Below, one piece after another: positions 32,714-44,342 of a stretch of DNA of 61,904 nt (the first letter of the stretch is position 1; each line of letters opens with the position of its first letter). The notes below the pieces were generated by a model. That model made no database searches and was not told where the DNA came from. It was given only the letters and a program-made list of their open reading frames with translations. Source of the DNA: Blastocatellia bacterium. Lineage in GTDB: Bacteria; Acidobacteriota; Blastocatellia; RBC074. The stretch spans positions 1 to 61,904 of the forward strand of contig DATEMY010000434.1 in NCBI GenBank assembly GCA_035275345.1, written 5' to 3'. Made by a program: the position numbers and the translations under genes.

Positions 32714-32900
32714 GGCGCCTCCTTAGCTACAACGACTGCGCTAAAGAAATTGAGAGCCGCAACGACTTAAACAAACCACAAAGGGATAGCGTGGAGTATA
32801 TGACTGGCCTGGGGCGGATGCAAGGATCGGCGCTTCGAAGCGGAAGCGCCTCCCCTGATTCCATGACGGGAGTCTGATGGCGGCTGATTTTCCACATCTT

Positions 32901-35900
32901 TTAGCCCCTCTGCGGGAGCCTGACCAGGTTAGCGATCACGGCGGTCAGTTCGGCGGATTCGACCGGCTTGGCGACGTGGGACTGGAAGCCGGCCATCAAT
33001 GCGCGCACGCGGTCTTCGACTCGCCCGTAGGCCGTAAGCGCCACTGCCGGCGTGTAAAGGTTGTGTCCGCGTTCCCACTCGCGCACGCGTCGCAGCAGAC
33101 TGAAGCCATCTTCGTCCGGCATTCCCAGGTCGGCCACTATTACATCGGGCGCGTCGGTTGATTCCCGGGCCGGCGAGGTAATCAGATCGTAGGCTTCGGC
33201 GGCGGAACTCGCTGCGAGCACAACCGCGCCGTATTGCTCGAGCACCGCCCTGACCAGTTCACGCGCGTCGGTCTCATCATCAACCACTAGCGCTCGTACG
33301 CCAGCGAGTATTGGGATCACATCCAATCCTGGGACTTCGACCGGCTCGCCTTCGGGTTTACCCAGCGGCGAGGAGACGGCGCGTACCGGCAGCAGAACTT
33401 TGAAAGTCGATCCCTTGCCTTCGCCCGCGCTTGTGGCTTCGATCGTTCCGCCATGCAATTCGACCAGATATTTGACGAGCGCCAGGCCGAGGCCAAGACC
33501 GCCGTGCCTTCGCACGCTCGACGCGTCAGCCTGGCGAAAGCGGTCAAAGATAAACGGCAGGAATTCGGGGCTGACGCCTTCGCCCGTATCGCTGACGGTG
33601 AGGCAGACGTGCGGATCTATGCGCTCCAGGCGCAATTCAACCCGGCCGCCCGCCGGCGTGAATTTGACCGCGTTGGAAAGCAGGTTCCAGATCACTTGTT
33701 GCAAACGCGCAGGGTCGCCGGTGATCTGGCCGACTTCGGATGTGATGTCGGTATGGAGCGAGATGCCTTTGAGGTCGGCCGCAGGATAGATCGTCTGGGC
33801 CGCCTCCCTGATTACCGCGATCAGGTCCACCGGTCCGACATCGAGTTTGAGCTTGCCGCTGATAATGCGGGCCGTGTCGAGCAGGTCGTCAATCAGTTGC
33901 GACTGCGCCTTGCCGTTGCGCTCGATGATCTCCACCACCTGTTTGACCTTCCGAGCGTCCAGAGGGCCGTACTGCAGCAGACGCGCGTAGCCTAGCATTG
34001 CGTTTAAAGGCGAACGCAATTCGTGAGAAACGACGGCGAGGAATTCGTCTTTGGAGCGGTTGGCGGCCTCGGCGATTTCGCGCGCTTTCTGCTCGCGCGC
34101 CAGCAGTTCTTCGCGTTCGGCGTCGGCCTGCTTGCGGCCTGTGATGTCGCGGACGATAGCCTTCCATCGTCCATCCTGAAATATCTTGGCGCTGATCTCC
34201 ACGGGCAGATAATCACCGTCCTTGCGCTTCAGCCGCCACTCTCCGACATGAACCTCGCCCACCAACAGGCTCGCTCGCACCACGTCCAATCTGGGAATGT
34301 CTTCGGGCGAGATCAAGTCTGAGATCCTCTTTCCGATCAGCTCCTCGCGCATATAGCCGAGCATCTGGCAGGCGCTCTTATTCACGTCCGTATAGGTTCC
34401 GTCGAGGTTGGCTATGAAGATGCCGTCCGAGGCTTGCTCGACGAGTGAGCGGAACCGCTCCTCACTCGCCCGTAACGCCTCTTCCGCCCTCTTGCGCTCG
34501 GTGATGTCGGTAGCGATGCCGCAAACGGCGTAAGGCTCCCCGCTGGCGCCGTAGAGGGGAAACTTCACCGCAATGAAGTGATGCACCCCGTCGGCAAAGG
34601 GGACCTGTTCCTCGAACTGAATGGCCGCCTTGGACGCGAGCACTTCCCGGTCGTTGGCGCGCACTGAGTCGGCGACCTCCCTGGCGTAGAGGTCGTAATC
34701 GGTCTTGCCCTTGACCTCCGCCTCCTTCATGCCCTTCATTATCTCGTACCAGCGGTTGATTCGCAGGTAACGGCCCTCGATGTCTTTGACAAAGATGAAG
34801 GCCGTAGAATTGTCGAGGATGGCGCGCAGTTGCGCCTCGTTCGCGCGCAGCGCTTCCTCGGCGCGCTTGCGCGCCGTGATGTCTTGAATGTTGGCGACCG
34901 TATGCATCGGCCGCCCCTGAGAGTCGCTGATGACTTCCCAGTGGATCAAAACCCAGATGATCGAGCCGTCCTTCCGCACATAACGCTTCTCAATGCTGAA
35001 TTCGTCGGGCGCGTTGTCAAAAGAGGAGCTTAATATGTTGGCGCTGACCTCGCGGTCGTCGGGATGAGTCACTTCGTGGAGGGTAAGCTGGAGCATCTCC
35101 TGCTCCGTGTAACCCAGCATTTGGCAGAGCTTGCGGTTGACGCGCAGGTATCTGCCGCCCGGAGAGACTTGCGTCATGCCGATCGCCGACAGATCGAACA
35201 ACGAGCGGAACTCCTCCTCGCTTCTGCGCAATTCTTCTTCCACCCGACGTCGCTCACTCACTTCGCGCTGCGTGGCTATAAAGTGCGTCACTACACCATG
35301 CTCATTGCGCACCGGCCCGACACTCCATTCAAGATAAAATTCCGAGCCGTCCTTGCGGTAATTGACCGTCTCGCCGAAGAAGACCCGTCCCTCCTCGCAG
35401 TCTTTACGCAGGCGGTCAAGCATGGCGCGGTCGGTCTTCGGGCCTTGCAGGATGCGCGGCGTCTTACCGATCACGTCTTCGGGCGCGTAGCCGGTCATCT
35501 TCGTGAAAGCCGGGTTGACGTATACGATTTGCGGGCCGGGTGGATCGAGTTGCGCCGTGGTTATGATGACCGATTCGGTGCTCTGCTCGATGGCTGTTTT
35601 TAGCAATCGCAATTGCTCTCCGGCTAGCTTAAGTTCGGTTGTCTTCGGGGGCGGGACGCCCGTGGTCCTGTAGTCATGAACAACTCCGATCTTCTGCCTT
35701 GCCGCTTCCTTGATGGCGTAGCTCGCAACACGGCGTAGTTTTTCTACACGGGCTCGGTTTTTTTCCAGGCGATCGTTAGCGTCGCTCGGCGCCGCCTCAT
35801 CCGCCAAGGGCGTCGCGCGCGCGCCAGCCAACAAGACCACCTCGCAATCCAAAGTTCCTTCCCCGGCGGAAAGTTGTTTGAGCACGTCTAATCCTGACCT

Positions 35901-36200
35901 GTCTGGTAAGTCCTGATCTAGAATTACCCAATCCGGCGAGCGCTCACGGTACAACTCGATAGCGCGGGCCCCAGTTTCAGCTTCGATGACTGAATAGCGC
36001 GCCGAATTGTCACTCATAAATCTTTTCCGCAATTCGGCGCGCTCTTCCGACGCGCCGTTTACAATCAGCACACTCGTTAGTCGTTTCTCCATAATCACCA
36101 CCAGGCTGTAGCGCGCGAATCTCCATTCACTCTCACCAATCTCTGACCCACCCAAACATTTCACTGAATGCGAAGAACTACTAAAAATCCCCGTATTCAT
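32901..36200 (-). CDS. Hybrid sensor histidine kinase: N-terminal receiver-like domain, multiple PAS domains, HisKA/HATPase, C-terminal receiver
   Basis: H-box VSHELRSPLNAM and G-boxes DTGEGV / GGLGLGL. C-terminal receiver LVVDDE...VIVADLGMPDEDG...HVAKP. Four PAS-like modules (TGYAPEDVIGK, LGYTEQEML, MKEAEVKGK, LGYMREELIGK). The start is probably the internal Met near 36092 (MEKRLTSVLIVNG). Confidence 0.92.
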   Translation of the reverse strand: MNTGIFSSSSHSVKCLGGSEIGESEWRFARYSLVVIMEKRLTSVLIVNGASEERAELRKRFMSDNSARYSVIEAETGARAIELYRERSPDWVILDQDLPDRSGLDVLKQLSAGEGTLDCEVVLLAGARATPLADEAAPSDANDRLEKNRARVEKLRRVASYAIKEAARQKIGVVHDYRTTGVPPPKTTELKLAGEQLRLLKTAIEQSTESVIITTAQLDPPGPQIVYVNPAFTKMTGYAPEDVIGKTPRILQGPKTDRAMLDRLRKDCEEGRVFFGETVNYRKDGSEFYLEWSVGPVRNEHGVVTHFIATQREVSERRRVEEELRRSEEEFRSLFDLSAIGMTQVSPGGRYLRVNRKLCQMLGYTEQEMLQLTLHEVTHPDDREVSANILSSSFDNAPDEFSIEKRYVRKDGSIIWVLIHWEVISDSQGRPMHTVANIQDITARKRAEEALRANEAQLRAILDNSTAFIFVKDIEGRYLRINRWYEIMKGMKEAEVKGKTDYDLYAREVADSVRANDREVLASKAAIQFEEQVPFADGVHHFIAVKFPLYGASGEPYAVCGIATDITERKRAEEALRASEERFRSLVEQASDGIFIANLDGTYTDVNKSACQMLGYMREELIGKRISDLISPEDIPRLDVVRASLLVGEVHVGEWRLKRKDGDYLPVEISAKIFQDGRWKAIVRDITGRKQADAEREELLAREQKAREIAEAANRSKDEFLAVVSHELRSPLNAMLGYARLLQYGPLDARKVKQVVEIIERNGKAQSQLIDDLLDTARIISGKLKLDVGPVDLIAVIREAAQTIYPAADLKGISLHTDITSEVGQITGDPARLQQVIWNLLSNAVKFTPAGGRVELRLERIDPHVCLTVSDTGEGVSPEFLPFIFDRFRQADASSVRRHGGLGLGLALVKYLVELHGGTIEATSAGEGKGSTFKVLLPVRAVSSPLGKPEGEPVEVPGLDVIPILAGVRALVVDDETDARELVRAVLEQYGAVVLAASSAAEAYDLITSPARESTDAPDVIVADLGMPDEDGFSLLRRVREWERGHNLYTPAVALTAYGRVEDRVRALMAGFQSHVAKPVESAELTAVIANLVRLPQRG

Positions 36201-36302
36201 TGAATGAAATTATCATCGCATAAAATGTTGAGTGATGCAGCGTGGGTTGAATAGTCGATTTACGAATGAGCCGAAGCCCGGTTAACCCGAGTACCCGGTA
36301 AT

Positions 36303-36421
36303 GGGATTCATCATTCCCATAACCGCACACTAGACTGATCGCCGGGGCGGAGGCTCCGCATGTCAACTCGAGCAAAATAAACGATTTAGACTTTCGGATC
36401 AGGTGGCACGTCGTTTGGTTA
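36303..36421 (+). promoter_or_regulatory. Sigma-54-like -24/-12 element with upstream inverted-repeat site
   Basis: TGGCACGTCGTTTGGTTA at 36404-36421. GGGATTCATCATTCCC at 36303-36318, which is 101 nt upstream of the TGGCAC. Confidence 0.6.
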
Positions 36422-36508
36422 TCTGGAGACTAAGCCTAATTGTAGCCTGGTGTGAACTGAGTTCGTTGAGGCTGCTCAACCCACTTTCGTTTTACTAGGA
36501 GATTTCGG

Positions 36509-36689
36509 ATGAACACTCTCTGGCAAGACCTGCGTTACGGCGTGCGGGTGTTTCGGCGTCGCCGCGATGGACGCAATGACGTTCGCCGCGATCCCAATCC
36601 TGATGGCGCTGGTCGCCTTGTTCGCCAGCTACCTGCCCGCGCGACGCGCTATGAAAGTTGACCCGATGGTCGCATTGCGATGCGACTAA
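36509..36689 (+). pseudogene. Internally deleted ADOP permease relic (N-terminal signature fused out of frame to the last TM helix and tail)
   Basis: The ATG at 36509 encodes [14 protein letters not shown]. Another frame from the ATG at 36567 reads [40 protein letters not shown] then stop (36687-36689), which matches the C-terminal 40 aa of full-length paralogs. Confidence 0.8.
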
Positions 36690-36710
36690 AGTCGAGAAAG
36701 GAAAATTCAG

Positions 36711-37223
36711 ATGAAGGTACGATCTCAATTGTTTTTATTTCTCGTTCTGTGCGCCTCGATGTTTGCTATGACGTTCGAAGCGTTGGCGCAGCAACCGACT
36801 GAGCGCCCTGCGACGGGCGCTATGGCGAAACCGGGCGGCGCGTCCGAAGCCGATCTGGCCGCCATCAAGCAGACTGCGCTCGATTACATTGAAGGCTTTT
36901 ACGAAGGTAACGCGGAACGGATGGAGCGCGCTCTGCATCCCGATCTGGCCAAACGCATTGTTCATACGGATCAGAAATCGGGACGCAGCCGGCTGGATCA
37001 AATGAGCGCGATGTCGCTTGTGCATGTCACGCGGGCGCAGACTTCAAGGCCGACTCCGAAAGAGAAGCGCCAAAATGACGTGACTGTGCTCGACGTATTC
37101 GAAAACGTCGCGAGTGTGAAAATCGTGGCGACGGATTGGATAGATTATCTGCACGTAGCGAAATTCAACGGTCGCTGGGTGATTGTTAACGTGCTGTGGG
37201 AATTGAAACCGCAACCGAAATAA
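36711..37223 (+). CDS. Secreted NTF2/SnoaL-like fold protein (putative lumazine-binding family type)
   Basis: Signal peptide, then ALDYIEGFYEGNAERMERALHPDLAKR...VKIVATDWIDYLHVAKFNGRWVIVNVLWE. Confidence 0.7.
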   Translation: MKVRSQLFLFLVLCASMFAMTFEALAQQPTERPATGAMAKPGGASEADLAAIKQTALDYIEGFYEGNAERMERALHPDLAKRIVHTDQKSGRSRLDQMSAMSLVHVTRAQTSRPTPKEKRQNDVTVLDVFENVASVKIVATDWIDYLHVAKFNGRWVIVNVLWELKPQPK

Positions 37224-37238
37224 TAGGCGTTTGTAGAG

Positions 37239-37429
37239 CCGCCTTAAGGCCAATGGCATTAAGGTAGGACAAGAACATTGCCCATTGCCAATTTCACATT
37301 GCCCATTGTTTTGCAGCGAGGTCTATCCCGAACTCTTCTCCCTGCAAATCAATTGGCAATGGGCGATGCGAAATGGTCAAGGAAATCCGGCCCCCTAGGC
37401 TTAACTTAACGCCATTGGCCTTAAGGCGG
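37239..37429. repeat. Nested long-range inverted repeat (outer 19-nt perfect arms, inner 18-nt arms)
   Basis: Outer arms: CCGCCTTAAGGCCAATGGC at 37239-37257 pairs with GCCATTGGCCTTAAGGCGG at 37411-37429. Inner arms: CATTGCCCATTGCCAATT at 37276-37293 pairs with AATTGGCAATGGGCGATG at 37351-37368. Confidence 0.8.
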
Positions 37430-37488
37430 AAGGGAAAGTAAATCGAGACCGTCCGCCTGAAGGCGGCGCTCCGAACCGGGAGACAGTT

Positions 37489-39924
<2,436 letters not shown>

Positions 39925-39934
39925 CGCGCAGATA

Positions 39935-39995
39935 TTTTCCTGTCTTCCATTTTCCTGTCGGCGGAAAGCGGACGGGAAAATGGAAGACGGGAAAA
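39935..39995. repeat. Inverted repeat (25-nt arms with T/C differences that allow G-U pairs) built from a 14-nt word
   Basis: TTTTCCTGTCTTCCATTTTCCTGTC at 39935-39959 pairs with GACGGGAAAATGGAAGACGGGAAAA at 39971-39995. The word resembles the one at 21898-21958. Confidence 0.8.
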
Positions 39996-40011
39996 TAAGG
40001 AGCTGACCGTA

Positions 40012-42138
40012 ATGGGATTGCTTGATGTTTATCAAGGCCATCAGACGTGGACGGATTTTATCAGCGGCCAGAAGGCGTTTACCGCGCTTGAAGGATTATT
40101 AGCTCGTCGGATTGGGGACGCTACGACCGAAGAAAATCCCGGAGGGCTGTCGGTCGGGGTGACGAAGCGGGAACATCAGGTGGCGGTCGAGTCCGGGCTT
40201 GGGGCTTTGAATTTGGGACGCCTGCGCCACGTCAACGAGAACGCGGCGAGGTTGGAATTGGGAATTGAAAAGCTGGCGGGAGGTTTGGAGAGTCTCAAGG
40301 CCGATTTCAATTTGCTGCTGGGAGACATCGTCTGGCGTTTGGAGATGCAGCAGGAACCGCTCACGAACATCCTTGAAGAAATCCGTCTGGCCGAGTTCGA
40401 GCGCGAGGCCAGAGCTTATCGAACGCGCGCCGAGAGGGCTTATCTGAACGGCTGGTACGAAGAGGCGCTCGGCGATTATCTGGAAGCCGAAAAACGCAAC
40501 TACCCGGATTACACGGTTCATCGTTCAATCGCGCAGATCTACCTTTACAACATAGTCAATCCGCCGAAGGCCCTGGAATATTTCCTCAAAGCCGCCAAAT
40601 ACGCGCGGCCCAGCGATGTCGCTGGGGCGGCTGAGGCTCATTACTTCGCCGCCATAGTTTGCGTGATCGAGCGTCGGCTGGAACCCGCCCTCGAGCATTT
40701 GCGTCAGTCCACTCAACTCAACCCGAAACTCGCCGAAGCGCATTACCAGCAATCGTGCGTCGCCTCACTGCTGGGCGACGGCGAGCAGGCCGTCGCCAGT
40801 TTGGCCCAGGCCATAGAAGGCGACGCCCGATATTACGAACGCGCGAAGAGCGAAGCGGCCTTCGACCCGATTCGTTCGCGGGTTCAGGTTCTGCTCGACC
40901 AACTGATGCGCCCGGTCAGGGAGAAGATGGTCGAAGTCAAACAGGACGCGGCGCAATTGGACGGCTGTCTTATCGCGAGGGTTGCGGAAGAGGAGATCGC
41001 CGAGGCCTTTCATCAGGTCGAGCGCCAGGTGGCCGAATCTCCGACTTACCAGGCCGGCTTGCAGTCGCTCGAGACCCTTTCGCGGATCCAGCGCGAACTG
41101 CGCGAACTGCGCGACCGCTACTATAAACAATACGAGGTTAACCCGCGTGATTACGTTCGGTCGGTAGCCTTCAGCAACGACGGGCGGTTGCTGGCCTCGG
41201 GATTCCTTCAGGGCAATCTGCAGGTTTGGGAGGCCGGCTCGGGCGTCAAGCTTTACGCGCATTTGGCGCACCAGGCCAGCGTCACTTCGGTCGCTTTCAG
41301 CCCGAACAACCTGCTGCTGGCCACGGGCAGCCGCGACAACACGATCAAATTGTGGGAATCGGACACCGGCCAGGAGCTCCAGGTTCTGCGAGGGCACAAA
41401 GCCGAAGTGAGCTCCGTGGCCTTCAGTCCCGATGGCCAATGGCTCCTTTCTGCGAGTCACGACAAAACGATCAAAATCTGGCGAGTGATGACGGGGCGCG
41501 AAGCGCAAACTTTAGAAGGCCACACAATGCAGGTGACGGCGGCTGCCTTTACGCCCGACGGGCGGGCGATCGTTTCAGGGAGCTGGGACAAGACCATCAA
41601 AGTGTGGAACGTCTCGTCGGGATTGACGATACGAACCTTGACGGGACACACGAAGGGAGTCTCTTCGCTGGCCATCAGCCCCGTCTCCGGGGCCATCAGC
41701 CCCGTCTCCGGTCAGACCCCCGGTCAAAATGGATGCTGGCTGGCTTCGGGCGGCGAAGACGCGAAGGTCAAGCTCTGGGATTTGGAGCTTGGACGCGAAG
41801 TGCGGACTTTCAACGGACGTCGTAACAGCGTGACCTCCGTCGCATTCAGCCCCAACGGCGAGCTTCTGGCCTCCGGTTGTCTGGGGCAGGTGGTGATTTT
41901 GTGGAAGCTTTCCACGGGCGAAGTCGTCAAGCGGCTGAGATTCGAAAACATCAGTTACAACTCGGTTGCCTTCAGCCCGCAGGGACAATGGCTGGCGCTC
42001 GGCAACCGCGATCTGCAACTCTGGTTGAAGGCGATTTTGACTGAAGGGGAATTTGCCGAGATCAAGACGCCACACGGCGCTTTCCATTCGCCATTCGAGA
42101 TTCGCCATCTGTCATTCGATTTAACTGATGACGAATGA
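40012..42138 (+). CDS. TPR plus seven-bladed WD40 repeat protein with an uncharacterised N-terminal region
   Basis: The central region has TPR-like helices (AYLNGWYEEALGDYLEAEKRNP, AEAHYQQSC...). The C-terminal blades have the pattern VxSVAFSPDGxxLxSxSxDKTIKxW. Its 3' end overlaps the convergent AAA+ gene by 18 bp. Confidence 0.88.
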   Translation: MGLLDVYQGHQTWTDFISGQKAFTALEGLLARRIGDATTEENPGGLSVGVTKREHQVAVESGLGALNLGRLRHVNENAARLELGIEKLAGGLESLKADFNLLLGDIVWRLEMQQEPLTNILEEIRLAEFEREARAYRTRAERAYLNGWYEEALGDYLEAEKRNYPDYTVHRSIAQIYLYNIVNPPKALEYFLKAAKYARPSDVAGAAEAHYFAAIVCVIERRLEPALEHLRQSTQLNPKLAEAHYQQSCVASLLGDGEQAVASLAQAIEGDARYYERAKSEAAFDPIRSRVQVLLDQLMRPVREKMVEVKQDAAQLDGCLIARVAEEEIAEAFHQVERQVAESPTYQAGLQSLETLSRIQRELRELRDRYYKQYEVNPRDYVRSVAFSNDGRLLASGFLQGNLQVWEAGSGVKLYAHLAHQASVTSVAFSPNNLLLATGSRDNTIKLWESDTGQELQVLRGHKAEVSSVAFSPDGQWLLSASHDKTIKIWRVMTGREAQTLEGHTMQVTAAAFTPDGRAIVSGSWDKTIKVWNVSSGLTIRTLTGHTKGVSSLAISPVSGAISPVSGQTPGQNGCWLASGGEDAKVKLWDLELGREVRTFNGRRNSVTSVAFSPNGELLASGCLGQVVILWKLSTGEVVKRLRFENISYNSVAFSPQGQWLALGNRDLQLWLKAILTEGEFAEIKTPHGAFHSPFEIRHLSFDLTDDE

Positions 42139-43140
42139 TTTGCGTCCCATCATCCCGAGGCGCTCGCCCGGCGACAGGCGTGGAACCATGACCCTGAAGT
42201 TGAGAAAGTTCCACGGCGGCTCGTAGTTGACCAGTACCGCTCTGCCGGCCGCCAATTGTCCGGAGAGCATCAGATCGTAGAGTGGGAACTCCAGGAAGTT
42301 TCTGATCACGCGCTTGATCTGGCGCACCCTGTGGGTTGTGTCGTCCAGGCAGTGTCTGAGCAAAAAAGTTTTCGCCTCTTCCTCGATCCTGAAGCCGATC
42401 CCCGAGGTGGCCAGCTTTTGATCGACATCAGCGAGTTTGCTTTCCAACAGCGTGATGACGTCCTGCTCGTCAAGGCGTTCGAAGATCACTATCTCGTCAA
42501 TCCGGTTGACGAGGGAGGCGCCCAAGAGGTTATCAATCTCCTCCAAGACCACCATGCTTTGCCTCGGCTTCTCTTCCTCACCGCCGTTCTCGCCGTCCCC
42601 AAAGAACCCGATGGTTCGGCCCACCAGCTGATCGGTTTGCTTCTTCGACAAGTCGCCGGTCAGGATGATGAAAGTATTGCGGAGTGAAAAAATGTGGCCG
42701 ACCGTGTGGAGAACGCCGCGGTCAATGGAGGCGGCCAGATAGTCGCGAAAAACGGCAGGCGCTTTGTCTATCCTCTCGAATACCATGATGGAGAAAGGAG
42801 AAGGGCGGAACGGAGGAGTTACTTGCGAAAGCATTCTTCCGGCCATCAACTGTTCGCACAGGTTCGACTGCAAGTCGGAGGCTTGACCGAGAATCTGGCA
42901 ATTGACGTAGATCAGCTTGCGTTCATTCCCGAGCAAGACCTGGGCGAGCGCTTGAGCAAGATGCATTTTGCCCGAGCCGATCGGACCCGCGAAAAGAAGC
43001 GCCGCCAGCGGGCGACTCGAATCGGAATATCGGCCGTCGGCCAGAGCCAGCGTCACCGCCCGCGTCACGGCCGCTATGGCATACTCCTGCCCGACTACTT
43101 GCTCCTGAAGAGCCTGCATGAAATGACTTGAAAAGACCAT
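42121..43140 (-). CDS. Single-domain ClpA/ClpB D2-like AAA+ protein with non-canonical Walker motifs (cassette 1)
   Basis: LQEQVVGQEYAI...LLFAGPIGSGKMHLAQALA (GK-M in place of GK-T/S). IMVFERIDKA aligns with the ClpB LLDEIEKA. NTFIILTGDL, LVNRIDEIVIF, and a D2-small-like C-terminus. Confidence 0.8.
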   Translation of the reverse strand: MVFSSHFMQALQEQVVGQEYAIAAVTRAVTLALADGRYSDSSRPLAALLFAGPIGSGKMHLAQALAQVLLGNERKLIYVNCQILGQASDLQSNLCEQLMAGRMLSQVTPPFRPSPFSIMVFERIDKAPAVFRDYLAASIDRGVLHTVGHIFSLRNTFIILTGDLSKKQTDQLVGRTIGFFGDGENGGEEEKPRQSMVVLEEIDNLLGASLVNRIDEIVIFERLDEQDVITLLESKLADVDQKLATSGIGFRIEEEAKTFLLRHCLDDTTHRVRQIKRVIRNFLEFPLYDLMLSGQLAAGRAVLVNYEPPWNFLNFRVMVPRLSPGERLGMMGRKSFVIS

Positions 43141-43240
43141 ACAGCGCTTCAGCTTAAGGCGGCTTCCGGCTGGTTCAGGGAAGCGACACGGTCGGTTTTA
43201 GACCGTGGCCTCCCTGAACTGCCGTAGGGCCGAACGGGGC

Positions 43241-43864
43241 TTAGCAATTGATTCCAGGGATTGCCACCACTGGAGGACAGGGCAAAGCCATCTGGGGCAC
43301 ACCCACCTGTGGTCTCAGCGCCGGATGAATCTGGCTGACTGCCAGAGGCGGCGCCATGCAGGCCTGGGCCAGGGCGGCGGAGTAAGGATCGGTCACCTGA
43401 CCGGGCGCCACCCCGCACATTGCGGCCAATTGGATCGGGTCACACGCCTGCGGATTGATCAGCGGTCTGATCGGCAGCAGGCTCTGAGCAATTGGAGAAA
43501 CCTGCTGCGGAATCACCGCCCCGGTTACCGGATCAACGCACGTGACCGGAGTTCCATAGGGCGACGGTGGGCACCAGGCGACTTGCTGGAAGGGCGAGCC
43601 GATATGTCCAAGTGGGGATTGGAGCAGCGGCGCTACCTGCGGGATGATGTACGGGGAAATGCCGAATCCGGCTGCGTACGGAGAGACGCCGTATCCGGTT
43701 GTGTACGGACTGGCGCCGATTCCGCACTGCGCAGCGGCGATCGGGTTACACGCATAAGGATTCATGATTGGATTGATTCCTCCGAAAGCCGCGCCCGCGC
43801 CATATTGTGGCGGACAGTAGGCGACCGGCTGAAGAGGAGTAGTGAAATTCATTCTCGGGAACAT
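43241..43864 (-). CDS. Pro/Gly/Ala/Gln-rich low-complexity protein, Lys- and Glu-free, Cys-containing (cassette 1)
   Basis: GGAGG ribosome-binding site. MFPRMN start, PQYGAG..GGINP, SPY repeats, VDPVTGAVIPQQ and LPIRPLINP blocks, all conserved with the paralog at 46974-47621. No signal peptide is evident. Confidence 0.75.
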   Translation of the reverse strand: MFPRMNFTTPLQPVAYCPPQYGAGAAFGGINPIMNPYACNPIAAAQCGIGASPYTTGYGVSPYAAGFGISPYIIPQVAPLLQSPLGHIGSPFQQVAWCPPSPYGTPVTCVDPVTGAVIPQQVSPIAQSLLPIRPLINPQACDPIQLAAMCGVAPGQVTDPYSAALAQACMAPPLAVSQIHPALRPQVGVPQMALPCPPVVAIPGINC

Positions 43865-44025
43865 AACATAGCCTCCTAAGTTGCTTGAGTGTCTCGAAGA
43901 CCTCGGTTGACAATGACCGAGAGGCGCTCTCGCATGAGAGACACACCTCCCCCTCTCACTTCTTCAAGCGATTGTTGAAGCAAGATTCTACAAAGCATCG
44001 TTTGAAGGTTTTCCGGTGAACCACC

Positions 44026-44298
44026 TCAAAATCCTGGCACTCTCAAATACGGCGACATTCCCCAGGCGTATTGAACCATTGAATTCGCGTAGGGCGTCGA
44101 CGGCAGCGCGGACATCATTCCTGTCGTCGCGTAGGGCATCGCCGCGTTCTGCATCGGTCTGGCAGTCATCTCCGCGAACAACAGGTTGATCAATTCGTGT
44201 ATCTCTTGAAGCTTGTCCATTTCTTCGGGCGAGATCTGTGAGTTGGACATTTCATTGGGATGGTTAATTTGGTGTTGTGCTGGCGCAGCCCAAGCCAT
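44026..44298 (-). CDS. 90-aa protein: acidic helix plus Met/Pro/Tyr-rich tail (cassette 1)
   Basis: AGGAGG ribosome-binding site. SPEEMDKLQEIHELINLLFAEM, then PYATTGMM...YAWGMSPYLRVPGF. Strongly conserved with 47937-48209. Confidence 0.75.
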   Translation of the reverse strand: MAWAAPAQHQINHPNEMSNSQISPEEMDKLQEIHELINLLFAEMTARPMQNAAMPYATTGMMSALPSTPYANSMVQYAWGMSPYLRVPGF

Positions 44299-44342
44299 TG
44301 ATTTGCCTCCTTTCGGACAAATAAAAAGAAACAGTTAACATA

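Noticed and set aside
43205-43879. 224-aa plus-strand ORF opposite the cassette-1 P-rich gene. The analogous ORF is 47082-47636.
   Set aside because: The minus-strand frames have GGAGG/AGGAG ribosome-binding sites and a conserved MFPRMN start. They also share conserved sequence islands between paralogs and fit the operon orientation. The plus-strand frames have none of these.
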